A stretch of DNA of 32,000 nt from an uncultured archaeon (GTDB lineage: Archaea > Iainarchaeota > Iainarchaeia > Iainarchaeales > JAAZKV01). The DNA is taken from assembly GCA_964551375.1 (NCBI GenBank), contig CAZKBG010000002.1, positions 64,962 through 96,961 on the forward strand, read 5' to 3'. Positions 17,601-25,153 of the stretch are shown here, piece by piece. Numbering within the stretch: the stretch's first letter is position 1; the number at the start of each line of letters is the position of its first letter. Position numbers and translations under genes: made by a program. Under the pieces are notes generated by a model that searched no databases, was not told the DNA's origin, and saw only the letters and a program-made list of their open reading frames with translations.

Positions 17601-20600
17601 GCTTGGAAGAGCTGAAGTAAAATCAGGAGCGCATTTTACAAAAACAAAAGTTATAATTGAAATAATAAAAGAAGGATACTCAAGACAAATGTTCTCAACA
17701 ACTGTTTCGGACGATTTAATCATTGCGTCTCCAGAAGAGCTGTTTGTTGAATTAAACACATTTTCAAAAAGAGAAGAAGTTAAAAAAGTTGAATTCGCAA
17801 ACCTTTCAAGAAGCAAAATGGTGCTAAAAAATATAGTTCTTGACTCAAAGTTCAAAGACTTGATAAATGAAGAAGCATTAAACGCATATTTTGAAGAACT
17901 GACACTTGAACAAAAGACAGTGAAGGGAGAGGACACGCTTGAAATAGAATTTATGAAAATAAGGCTTGCGAATTCAATTAACGAAGATAATTTCATTGAA
18001 CCTATTACTGTAGAAGGAATTGTAAAATTAGTATTTGTAGAACCTGAATCAGGGCTTACATTCAATATAGAACTTCCACTAAGAGTAAATGTATCCTCAA
18101 GCGCAAATCCAGACGCTGAATGCCTGATAATAAAACCAACAAGCAAAACAAGCATGACAACAGAAAACGCGCAGGTTAGATTTAATTTTGAATTAATCAA
18201 CGCATGCACTTCAGACGGAGTAGGAATACCTCTTCAATCGCTAATGGTGCAAGCTCCTGCTGAAATACCAGGAATTGCTGAAATAAGCCTAAGAAACTCA
18301 ACAGGCTCCTCAATTGGAATTACAGCTCTTGACGGCGGAAAAAGAAAATTAGTGGATAATGTCCGCGCAAACGAAAAATTATTCGGCGAAATAACATTTG
18401 CTCCAGGCCAAGAAGCGGTTGGCAAATCAGTACAGATTGCAGTTTCGTACGAAGCAAAGTTTAAGGGAACTACAGTAACAAGCAGTCCTTCAACAGTGAC
18501 TTATACAGCAAATGTAGTAAACCTAAAAGAATGCATGACAATAAGCTCCGAATCAGCTCCTGTTGAATTTAAGGGCAAATCAAAAATCAAAATTGACACA
18601 ACAGCATGCCTTGGGCAAATGATTGACATAATACTTTGCAAAGAAGATTCAGGATGCTCGGGTGGAGCGGACGGTAAAATTGTTTTAAGCAAAAAAACAT
18701 TCACACTTCAAAACAAAGCAGAAGAAATTGAAGCATATAATCCAACATACCCTGGAACTTACGGCGTAACAGTGCACGCAAGAACCAGAGGAACAGCAGG
18801 ATTCTCATACATAGGCGAAGTGCCTGTATCTTTCCTTGAATCTGAAACTAAATACTTCAACTTAAACAAATTTGAATTAACTTTAGTTGGAACAGGCGCA
18901 AAGGACTCAATCATACTTACAAACAAAATGATTTCAGAAACTATAAATGTAAAAGCGGATGAATGCACCTGGGGAAAAGAAGACGCAGAATTTAACTGGT
19001 CAAGCGCATTAACAGGCGCAATGATGGGCGCAATGCTTGGAAACCTAATTGGCTCTGCATACCACCCTGGAACAAAAGACAGCAAAAGCGGGAAAGACAA
19101 AAGTGGCGGAAGCGATGTTGAAGGGATGGACGCAAAAACAAGAGGTGAGGAAATCAGCAGATTAAATGACCTTGAAGCAAAGGGAGGGTTAAGCAGGGAC
19201 CAAGTAGCATATAGAAATGACTTAATCAGCGCGCAAAATAGATTTACAACAGGATATGATTCTTTTATCAACGGCGCAACTGCGCTTAATACGGGAGTGG
19301 ATGTAAGTTCAAGCTCTTCACTATCTTCAGTATTTGGCTCAGGCTCAGCAGCAAGCCTTGGAGTAGGAGAATCAACAACAATGGATACTGAAATGGGAAC
19401 AGTAAGAGTAACAAATATGGGAAACAATGAATACTTTGTACGCTCAAACAGCATTCCTTCAGGAAGAACATACACGGGGGATGTGCAGCTTGGAACAGTT
19501 GGAAATCAATTCGCAAATGCTTATTCAAATACTTCAGGACTTAGAAATTTCTCAAATTCACTTACAATGCCTTTTAGAACCACTCCAAGCACAACAACAT
19601 TAAATCCTTCAACAACAGGGTGGTCAGCTGCGACATATGGGGAAGTTGGACGAATACCAACAAGATATTTTGTTAACCTTCCTGCAATAATACATGCGCA
19701 GGAAAATGCATTGAAAGCAGATTCAAATAAATTATTATTAGCTGGCTCGGGCGGAAGTAGCACAAACTGGGTTCAAATATCACTAACAATAATCGGAGCA
19801 GTAGTTGGCGGATGGCTAATGGGCGACTCAGGATACAAATGCGCTGATAATTACGATGTTGTTCCAATGGAAGACTTTGTAATACTACTTCAGGGAACAA
19901 CAGTTGACTACACAGGACCGACAGGCGAAACAAGCGGAGAAAGAGTAATACCATCAGATGCAGGAGCATTAACATTTACTCTGGACAATATTGCTCCAGC
20001 ATGGAACTTTGAAGACGCGCAGTACGGATCTGAAGAAACTGTTGCAATTGACTTCGAAAATAACGGACTCAACGAGCCTGTTCCAAGATACGGCACATTC
20101 ACTGTGAATGCAAATGTACACAACCATGGAAGCGTAGTTCACAAAGTTGACGGAAGCACTCACACAAGCACTGGAGAAAGCGATTATGATGTATTCTGCA
20201 ATAACGAATCATTTGGAAGCTTTTGGATAGGCTCTGAAAGCAATCAGGGAGACTGCGGAACAGGCGGGAGAATTTCAGTAAGCAATTATTCTCAGAAGTA
20301 TCATTTAAGAGTAATCAGCGGAGAGCCAAAGGATGAAGAATCTTACATTAAGAAAGCAACAACATGCTATATGGGAGCTCTAACTGGAGCAACAGGAAAA
20401 GAAGCATTGCCAAAAGTAAAACTTGACTGGACATGGGACTCAATTAAAGCAGATACATGCGATTACACAAATCCTGACCACGTTTATTGTGACGGAACTC
20501 AATTCATGATTTCACTTACAAAGAAACTATCTCAGCTTCAGAAATTCATGAGAACAAACGGGGGCAAATTTGAATGTCCTCCTGACGAAATAGAAAATGA

Positions 20601-22275
20601 AGTGCAGAATGCAATTGAAGAAGTTAATTCAAAAGTGAATGAAGTTCCTGACGGATTTATCGGAATATCTGATATATCCTTGACTCTTGATGTTGTTACA
20701 GGGGAAGCAGTTCCTACAATAAAAATAAACAACAGGTCGGGAAAAGTTGAAACATCATACTTAAGCTTTGCATGGAAAGGACAGGGCGAAGCAACTCCAG
20801 AATACCCAAGCAATGTAATTGAATGGGATGTTCCAATCGGAGAAAGCACAAGAGTACTTGACTCAGTAGTAGTTTCAAAATATGAAGGAGTATATTACTT
20901 CACAGCAGTAATGAACGGACCGATGGGAGACTCAAGATCATTATCAAGAGCATTCCTATATAGAGACACAAACGGAACCTGCTGGATGCCGCAGACAACA
21001 GATTCAATTGCAGGACTTCCAGGACTTGCATTCTACGTAGCAGCAATGGACAACCCTACTTACACTGAAGGGGTAAGCGATCCGTCAGAATTGTACAATC
21101 ACATAAACTTTGGAATGTACCTAACAAAAGAAACATTTAGTGAAGACTTCCTAAGAGACTTCAAGGATTATTACGGAGGGGGCATACTCCAAATATCAGA
21201 TCCTGACGAGCAGGATATTGTAAATTACTTAACATCAGGAAATTTTAAGATAAAGAAAAAATTCTCGGGAGACAACACAATTGAGCCTGGACTTTATGAT
21301 GTTTGGGTAAGATTAAACGCAAAAGACAAATTCCTTGTAATTGACGGAAACAATACAAATATGACAATAGAACTTTTAATGATTAGAAGACCAAGCGTGG
21401 ACAGTCCGTTTTACATGATACCATTTGATGGAAGACTTGGAGAAAGAGGCGGAAGACAAGGATACGGAGCAGTTTACACAAGAGGGGAAGGCGAAAGCGA
21501 CATTGAAATAAGCAATTACAGCCAGAATGGAGTTTATACTTTCTACAATGCGGCAAGCAATGGTGTAATAAAAGTTACAACAAAAACAAAAACAAGCTTT
21601 GAAGGTGTAAACTCATCAGTATCAACAAGAGGACAGCTTGGAGCGGTAAGCGTGTCAGGCTCAACAGCAGAAATGATACTCACTCCAAATTATGCGACTC
21701 CTGTAATTTTAAAGAACACAATTGACGGCACAGAAGGAAACATTGCATTCAGCGTTGAAAATCCAAACAGAGCAGTTGTTACAAGAGGAAATATAGCATA
21801 CTGGACAGGCGCTGCAAAAAGCAAAGATTACTTTGGAGCAAACGCAGTTGAATCATATTATAATTCGCCTGACTTTAGACTATCAAAACTCGGAGAGAAC
21901 GTATTCGGATTTGAATACAGAAACATTTCAAAGAAAGGCACAATGTACCTAAAAACCACTTTATTCACTCCAGTGGATCAGGCATCATACATGCTTACTT
22001 CAAAGAACAGCACTACAAAATTCTGGACTCCTGAAACAACATTCACTGAAACAGTTGACTTAAAAGGAATAAGCGGAATGGCTTACAATGCGCCAGGCGA
22101 TTACATTAACTCATTGCAGGATTTATTCACAGCAGTTGAAAATAATGAAGTGTGCCTGTCAAATGACGGCTCAAGCACCACATTCTGGTGGAACCCAGTT
22201 GCTATTGAAGGAACTGTGGGCTCGCTTGGAAGAAGCTTATACCACGAAGAAGTTGCATTAGTTGGAGTGAACTAA
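14659..22275 (+). CDS. Giant membrane-anchored surface protein, paralog 3 (2538 aa)
   Basis: Uninterrupted 7.6-kb ORF. The N-terminal KGVYYAIEDKWYAFWDSVD motif plus anchor (MILFILVIILLIAFGAFFLL) is colinear with paralog 2. Multiple CarboxypepD_reg-like repeats (ATIKVIDSETGVAISNAIVNLRD...; RTIVTVYDQDKVPVANAKVMLKY...; VTIVDEKGEPLPGATVNVYAKE...). A GxxxG-zipper segment GAMMGAMLGNLIG starts at the same residue number (1447) as the equivalent segment in paralog 2. C-terminal motifs shared with paralog 2: LDWTW, C..TQ...KKLSQL, PFDGRLGERGGRQGYGAVY. Confidence 0.92.
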   Translation: MADGIKGVYYAIEDKWYAFWDSVDRVLPVGGVIDAIDTVIPSMILFILVIILLIAFGAFFLLSANQVFDATFTVQTFDGRPVNDTLLSVELMENGELVKTFEQRTDSVGVVTFNAIKMGQELIFDINISKGTFSGSFVMGEGAMDEVITLEERRVPLNLSPVVKKILVKESSGFLAREPISLVFGCESSIVLPNPSKATFSGTFAVEVTEPVGCRLTATVNNPKYKQKTYLIQSTNYDLFLEPIEPVGTQLKVIIRSAGFPVSGTNFKIKITGDASYELATTGESQASANVNPGNYLITVTDPKGNYGLVSKNVTVTSTTEVLVEVSKTVKARATIKVIDSETGVAISNAIVNLRDSFGRELATQLTDSLGYTTYSFTDLGDYSFIAKRAGDLNGGYLPKESKQTISTDTNFTMALEAITEENAGRTIVTVYDQDKVPVANAKVMLKYKENDGLVELMQEKNYGLTDANGEVSLIAGQPSGSVYAYAIKGPFNGASMDKRLAVEAINKFNIEMEIGSATVKINVLDESGNKLDATAEIHLVSGVSADEHGIAGLIPVESGYAARSVKAGQKVFVKVMAETFEDYYTAPIDLWPDRPYDLEIVMLKNIAEAKILPKGVYNADGALVQTMAAGKRYYAKFYILSNSAYANVKFNFRAGKESLLENDIMEVDEVEASGLTSQARGVSYDPQKGYDFDGNILNRTDGLSKWVEMEWTSFGKGLREVKVWFRIKNTAAPNQELQFFYRGKFDNLRKPESTAALDFYADTYFSEKFYVGAETICKEGFCANSEWLYSTKSELYVDEPYSIKQTTNYNYHITLLNNSGIDYGTSKKPVTLSIYVMGDDSDDKKIKIKSYEIKDSIGRLTNNSAIYSAENLSITSFEKSSTIDMLFSLEGIKQGAEALKFELKSEGKIIYSKETDIKVVREKDFNVGISPQFIPALINTMIEVTIVDEKGEPLPGATVNVYAKEPGYAQYPIDSKETDRLGRAEVKSGAHFTKTKVIIEIIKEGYSRQMFSTTVSDDLIIASPEELFVELNTFSKREEVKKVEFANLSRSKMVLKNIVLDSKFKDLINEEALNAYFEELTLEQKTVKGEDTLEIEFMKIRLANSINEDNFIEPITVEGIVKLVFVEPESGLTFNIELPLRVNVSSSANPDAECLIIKPTSKTSMTTENAQVRFNFELINACTSDGVGIPLQSLMVQAPAEIPGIAEISLRNSTGSSIGITALDGGKRKLVDNVRANEKLFGEITFAPGQEAVGKSVQIAVSYEAKFKGTTVTSSPSTVTYTANVVNLKECMTISSESAPVEFKGKSKIKIDTTACLGQMIDIILCKEDSGCSGGADGKIVLSKKTFTLQNKAEEIEAYNPTYPGTYGVTVHARTRGTAGFSYIGEVPVSFLESETKYFNLNKFELTLVGTGAKDSIILTNKMISETINVKADECTWGKEDAEFNWSSALTGAMMGAMLGNLIGSAYHPGTKDSKSGKDKSGGSDVEGMDAKTRGEEISRLNDLEAKGGLSRDQVAYRNDLISAQNRFTTGYDSFINGATALNTGVDVSSSSSLSSVFGSGSAASLGVGESTTMDTEMGTVRVTNMGNNEYFVRSNSIPSGRTYTGDVQLGTVGNQFANAYSNTSGLRNFSNSLTMPFRTTPSTTTLNPSTTGWSAATYGEVGRIPTRYFVNLPAIIHAQENALKADSNKLLLAGSGGSSTNWVQISLTIIGAVVGGWLMGDSGYKCADNYDVVPMEDFVILLQGTTVDYTGPTGETSGERVIPSDAGALTFTLDNIAPAWNFEDAQYGSEETVAIDFENNGLNEPVPRYGTFTVNANVHNHGSVVHKVDGSTHTSTGESDYDVFCNNESFGSFWIGSESNQGDCGTGGRISVSNYSQKYHLRVISGEPKDEESYIKKATTCYMGALTGATGKEALPKVKLDWTWDSIKADTCDYTNPDHVYCDGTQFMISLTKKLSQLQKFMRTNGGKFECPPDEIENEVQNAIEEVNSKVNEVPDGFIGISDISLTLDVVTGEAVPTIKINNRSGKVETSYLSFAWKGQGEATPEYPSNVIEWDVPIGESTRVLDSVVVSKYEGVYYFTAVMNGPMGDSRSLSRAFLYRDTNGTCWMPQTTDSIAGLPGLAFYVAAMDNPTYTEGVSDPSELYNHINFGMYLTKETFSEDFLRDFKDYYGGGILQISDPDEQDIVNYLTSGNFKIKKKFSGDNTIEPGLYDVWVRLNAKDKFLVIDGNNTNMTIELLMIRRPSVDSPFYMIPFDGRLGERGGRQGYGAVYTRGEGESDIEISNYSQNGVYTFYNAASNGVIKVTTKTKTSFEGVNSSVSTRGQLGAVSVSGSTAEMILTPNYATPVILKNTIDGTEGNIAFSVENPNRAVVTRGNIAYWTGAAKSKDYFGANAVESYYNSPDFRLSKLGENVFGFEYRNISKKGTMYLKTTLFTPVDQASYMLTSKNSTTKFWTPETTFTETVDLKGISGMAYNAPGDYINSLQDLFTAVENNEVCLSNDGSSTTFWWNPVAIEGTVGSLGRSLYHEEVALVGVN

Positions 22276-22386
22276 AAATAATCTTAGCTTGCATTACTAA
22301 ACTAATTATCTCGCAATTATTTTGGAAAAATCAAAACCTTCAAGAAATGCTTTTATATTACAAATTCCTAATTGTAGCGTGAAATA

Positions 22387-22806
22387 ATGATTCTATCTTT
22401 GCTCACTTTGGGGCTTTCAAGCATTACCCCCCCGATTCTCTTCTTTGACGAGCTGATTGGGGACATGACTTTTGTTCTAAAAATATTTGTTCTAATGACA
22501 ATAGTATCTTATGTTGTCCAACACCTTGGGAAAGGAGTTTTAGCGCTTCTTGTAATTGCAGTAATGTCCTGGTTCATTATATTTGACTACTTCATGTACT
22601 TTGGCGGAATTTATATTTTATACATGTTAGCTCTGTTCGGCGGAGTACAGCTTGCAATGGATTTCTTTATTGTTGGTCCTCAGATGTTTGCCGGCGGACA
22701 CGGCGGCGGAGGCCACGGAGAAAGCGAAGGCGAGCACATTACAGGGTTGGAATTCAAAGAAAAACAGCACAGGATGATGGAAATGAGAAAGAGGGCTGGA
22801 TTCTAA
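22387..22806 (+). CDS. Small polytopic membrane protein with Gly/His-rich C-terminal tail
   Basis: 139 aa with about 4 hydrophobic helices. The tail is GGHGGGGHGESEGEH followed by a basic end. Its stop overlaps the next start (TAATG at 22804-22808). Confidence 0.75.
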   Translation: MILSLLTLGLSSITPPILFFDELIGDMTFVLKIFVLMTIVSYVVQHLGKGVLALLVIAVMSWFIIFDYFMYFGGIYILYMLALFGGVQLAMDFFIVGPQMFAGGHGGGGHGESEGEHITGLEFKEKQHRMMEMRKRAGF

Positions 22807-23132
22807 TGAACTCAAAAGGAAACTTCTTATTTATAATAATAGGATTAATGGTGGGTTCGGTAGTTTTGCTCCCTGTGTTGATGTATGTATTTCCTCCGAT
22901 TGATATTATTGTAAAAATAATTCTTGTTTTTTCAATCTTTATGATGGTGAGAGGATTTTTAGGAAACGGAGTGCTAACACTCATTGTTTCAGGAATTTTA
23001 ATTTACTTTTTAGTAATCAAATGGTGGTGGATTGGAGCAGGCGGATGGATGGCAATAACCTTAGCATCGCTTGGAATATTCAGCATAATAATGTGGGGCT
23101 CACAGACATTAATGATGTTCACAAAAAGATAA
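22806..23132 (+). CDS. Small polytopic membrane protein
   Basis: 108 aa, almost entirely hydrophobic (3-4 helices, WWWIGAGGW segment). The ATG shares a base with the upstream stop, which implies translational coupling. Confidence 0.75.
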   Translation: MNSKGNFLFIIIGLMVGSVVLLPVLMYVFPPIDIIVKIILVFSIFMMVRGFLGNGVLTLIVSGILIYFLVIKWWWIGAGGWMAITLASLGIFSIIMWGSQTLMMFTKR

Positions 23133-23134
23133 CC

Positions 23135-23163
23135 CTCGCTTGGTTTGAACTAAGGGCGAGTTT
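23135..23163 (+). terminator. Hairpin followed by TTT immediately after the stop codon
   Basis: CTCGCTT (23135-23141) pairs with GGGCGAG (23154-23160): 5 Watson-Crick plus 2 G-U pairs and a 12-nt loop, followed by TTT. A terminator or processing role is only a guess. Confidence 0.3.
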
Positions 23164-23251
23164 GAGACAGGAAGAAAGGTTTAATTAGGAAGAAATGGTA
23201 GTTATTTGTAAGGAGAATAGATTGGAGATAGGCAGGTAAGGAAGTGCAAAA

Positions 23252-23512
23252 ATGGCTATTGACATATTTGGAGCATTGAGCGGAGAAGACATATTCACAA
23301 CGCTGACGCTTATTCTTCTTATAGTATACTTTCTTTGGATTTATGCATGGGCAAAAAAACAAATCGGCCCTAACTTGGGGCTTTTGCTTGCAATAATTAT
23401 AACTTTCCTTTTGTTTTACAATTTCCCTGACCTTATTTGGATACCGTTTATTTTATTCATCTGGTCAGTTTTCGGAAAGGACCTTTTGGAGCGCGTTCCC
23501 AAAACAAAGTAA
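23252..23512 (+). CDS. Small membrane protein (2-3 TM)
   Basis: 86 aa. Hydrophobic helices TLTLILLIVYFLWIYAW and LGLLLAIIITFLLFY... An AGGAAGTG SD-like motif lies upstream of the ATG. Confidence 0.7.
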   Translation: MAIDIFGALSGEDIFTTLTLILLIVYFLWIYAWAKKQIGPNLGLLLAIIITFLLFYNFPDLIWIPFILFIWSVFGKDLLERVPKTK

Positions 23513-23622
23513 GTAAATGAAGTCAAGATGAATAAAGTAAATGAATTTGCCAGTGCTAAAGCAGTGATATTTAGAAGCATAAAGGAAAATTTTGGTTGGA
23601 AAAAAAATTTTGGATGATTTAG

Positions 23623-23943
23623 ATGGATTTGTTGATGTTTTTAGTTTCAGTTGCGCTACTGGGATTTGCTGTCCAGCTTGGCGAACTATGGATAGTTCTT
23701 GGCGCGGCAACAATTCTAATCCTTGCTTCAAGAGATTTTAAGACAAGCCTGCTTTTGGTTTTTTCAGTATTTGTTTTATATGTGGTTAATGGAATTGGAA
23801 TGAAAGAATACTGGATTGTTGCAGTATTTTTGCTTTTAGGCGTGGCTTACATGCTTGGGTTAGGAAAAGAAGAAGCTCCTGCGGATCCATATGCCGGATT
23901 ACTTGGCGGAATGGGCGGCGGGGGAATGCCTGGGATGGAGTAA
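23623..23943 (+). CDS. Small polytopic membrane protein with Gly/Met-rich C-terminal tail
   Basis: 106 aa with 3-4 hydrophobic helices. The tail is PYAGLLGGMGGGGMPGME. Confidence 0.7.
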   Translation: MDLLMFLVSVALLGFAVQLGELWIVLGAATILILASRDFKTSLLLVFSVFVLYVVNGIGMKEYWIVAVFLLLGVAYMLGLGKEEAPADPYAGLLGGMGGGGMPGME

Positions 23944-23949
23944 GGTATT

Positions 23950-24294
23950 ATGAACTGGGGCGGGGCGGTTGTGGCGCTTCTAATTGCTGTAATCTTCTTA
24001 TGGGCTCAGCTTGAATGGCTTGCTTTTGTTTTTTTTGTGATAATGGTGCTTGTGCTCGTTTATCCGCGGGCAAAGAAAGAAGCTAAAAAATCATGGGAAG
24101 ACATGAAAAAAGCAGATGCTTTCAATCCTGAAGCTAAATTTGACGGCTATGTGAAAGGCATTTCAAAGCATGCAAGCGAGCACCTGATAAAGAAGCCTGT
24201 GGACTCTACTGAAGTGAACGCAAAAGCATGGCTTCATAAAACTTCAAACATGGCAAAAAATTTTTTCAGCGAACTCGAATCGCTCTTTAAGTGA
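23950..24294 (+). CDS. Membrane-anchored protein (2 N-terminal TM helices plus charged soluble tail)
   Basis: 114 aa, starting 6 nt after the previous stop with an AAGGT motif upstream. N-terminal hydrophobic hairpin followed by a Lys/Glu-rich helical C-terminus. Confidence 0.7.
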   Translation: MNWGGAVVALLIAVIFLWAQLEWLAFVFFVIMVLVLVYPRAKKEAKKSWEDMKKADAFNPEAKFDGYVKGISKHASEHLIKKPVDSTEVNAKAWLHKTSNMAKNFFSELESLFK

Positions 24295-24349
24295 AAAAAA
24301 GTTTAGCTTAATCTTAGAAATAAATCACATTTTATTGGACACTAATTAG

Positions 24350-24425
24350 CATGGCTCTTTTTAATTAAAAAAAAGGCAATTTTGAGAATAAGCTGCTTAT
24401 TTAGCAAATTATTTTTTTTAAATTA
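24350..24425. terminator. Convergent intergenic region with oligo-T/oligo-A tracts
   Basis: Lies between the convergent genes ending at 24294 (+) and 24463 (-). Contains CTCTTTTT, AAAAAAAA and ATTTTTTTT runs, consistent with archaeal oligo-T termination on both strands. Confidence 0.3.
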
Positions 24426-24462
24426 GTTGCTTGTTTTTAGTTAATTATTTGTTTTAGATTAA

Positions 24463-24960
24463 CTACTTCTTTGCTTCAAGTTCAGTAAGTATTTTTCTAT
24501 TATTTTCAAGAATCTTCTGGAGCAAATCAATGCTGGCTTTTGTTGCCGCATTAATATCTTCCATTTTTGTCTCCATTTCAGAAAGCCTAAAAGCAAGAGA
24601 AGAATCAATAGGCGCTTTTGGGGCTTCTATGCTTGTTTTAACTTCCTCAACGCTCTTTGCAATAGTATCAAGTTTTTCAGAATGCTCGTCAAGCGTGTTA
24701 TTAACCATTGTGTGATGCAAGTCCTGCGTCTCGGCAGTAGTCTCCACCTGTGCTTTTAGCATTTGAACTTCCCTTGGCTGAACAGCCGGCTGAATAGGCG
24801 GAGCTTCTTCCTGTTTTGGCTGCTTGGACTTGGCAAGAACTGCATTTGCTTCTTCTGCAGTCAAACCCGCATCAACAAGAGTGGAAATAATTGTAGGATC
24901 ATCAATTCCGGCTTCAATGAGCCGGTTAACAGTATCCATCATCACTTGCTCATTAAGCAT
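24463..24960 (-). CDS. Coiled-coil protein with UBA-like helical N-terminal domain
   Basis: 165 aa. The N-terminus VNRLIEAGIDDPTIISTLVDAGLTAEEANAVLA resembles a three-helix UBA-like pattern. It is followed by a Pro/Gln linker (PKQEEAPPIQPAVQP) and heptad-like charged helices. No family recognised. Confidence 0.7.
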   Translation of the reverse strand: MLNEQVMMDTVNRLIEAGIDDPTIISTLVDAGLTAEEANAVLAKSKQPKQEEAPPIQPAVQPREVQMLKAQVETTAETQDLHHTMVNNTLDEHSEKLDTIAKSVEEVKTSIEAPKAPIDSSLAFRLSEMETKMEDINAATKASIDLLQKILENNRKILTELEAKK

Positions 24961-25153
24961 TCAAATCACTTTACCTAATTTAAACCCAAAAACCAAATTT
25001 AACGGTTTTATCAAATAATGCTTTTATTGTATTTAAATCATCGCTTTTTGATTTTTAAGTTCAAATAAAGTACTGCTAAATTCAAACTTGTTTCAAACTT
25101 ATTCACCCAAAAGGCATAAATACCAAAAAGTGTTAATTTATCTCGAGCAAGTT

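Noticed and set aside
1-22275. The giants as phage or virus tail-fibre-like proteins or as part of an integrated element.
   Set aside because: There are no flanking structural or replication genes of a virus and no att-like repeats bounding the array within the window. N-terminal membrane anchors fit cellular surface proteins. This cannot be fully excluded because the 5' boundary lies outside the window.
22754-23731. Antisense ORFs over the small membrane-protein genes: 22754-22984, 23150-23362 and 23465-23731. Also the + strand ORFs 24530-25018 and 26961-27200, antisense to the coiled-coil genes.
   Set aside because: They overlap better-supported genes whose translations show coherent TM-helix or heptad patterns. 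The antisense products have no recognisable features or start signals.
25088-25153. A TTG-initiated N-terminal extension of the HerA-like ORF, and likewise the 27245-27280 extension of polB and the GTG at 27193 for the coiled-coil gene.
   Set aside because: The extensions run through AT-rich promoter-like sequence and encode basic, low-information peptides. Downstream ATGs give N-termini that look native (MLLDATYF for PolB). Either start remains possible, and N-terminal proteomics or TSS data would settle it.
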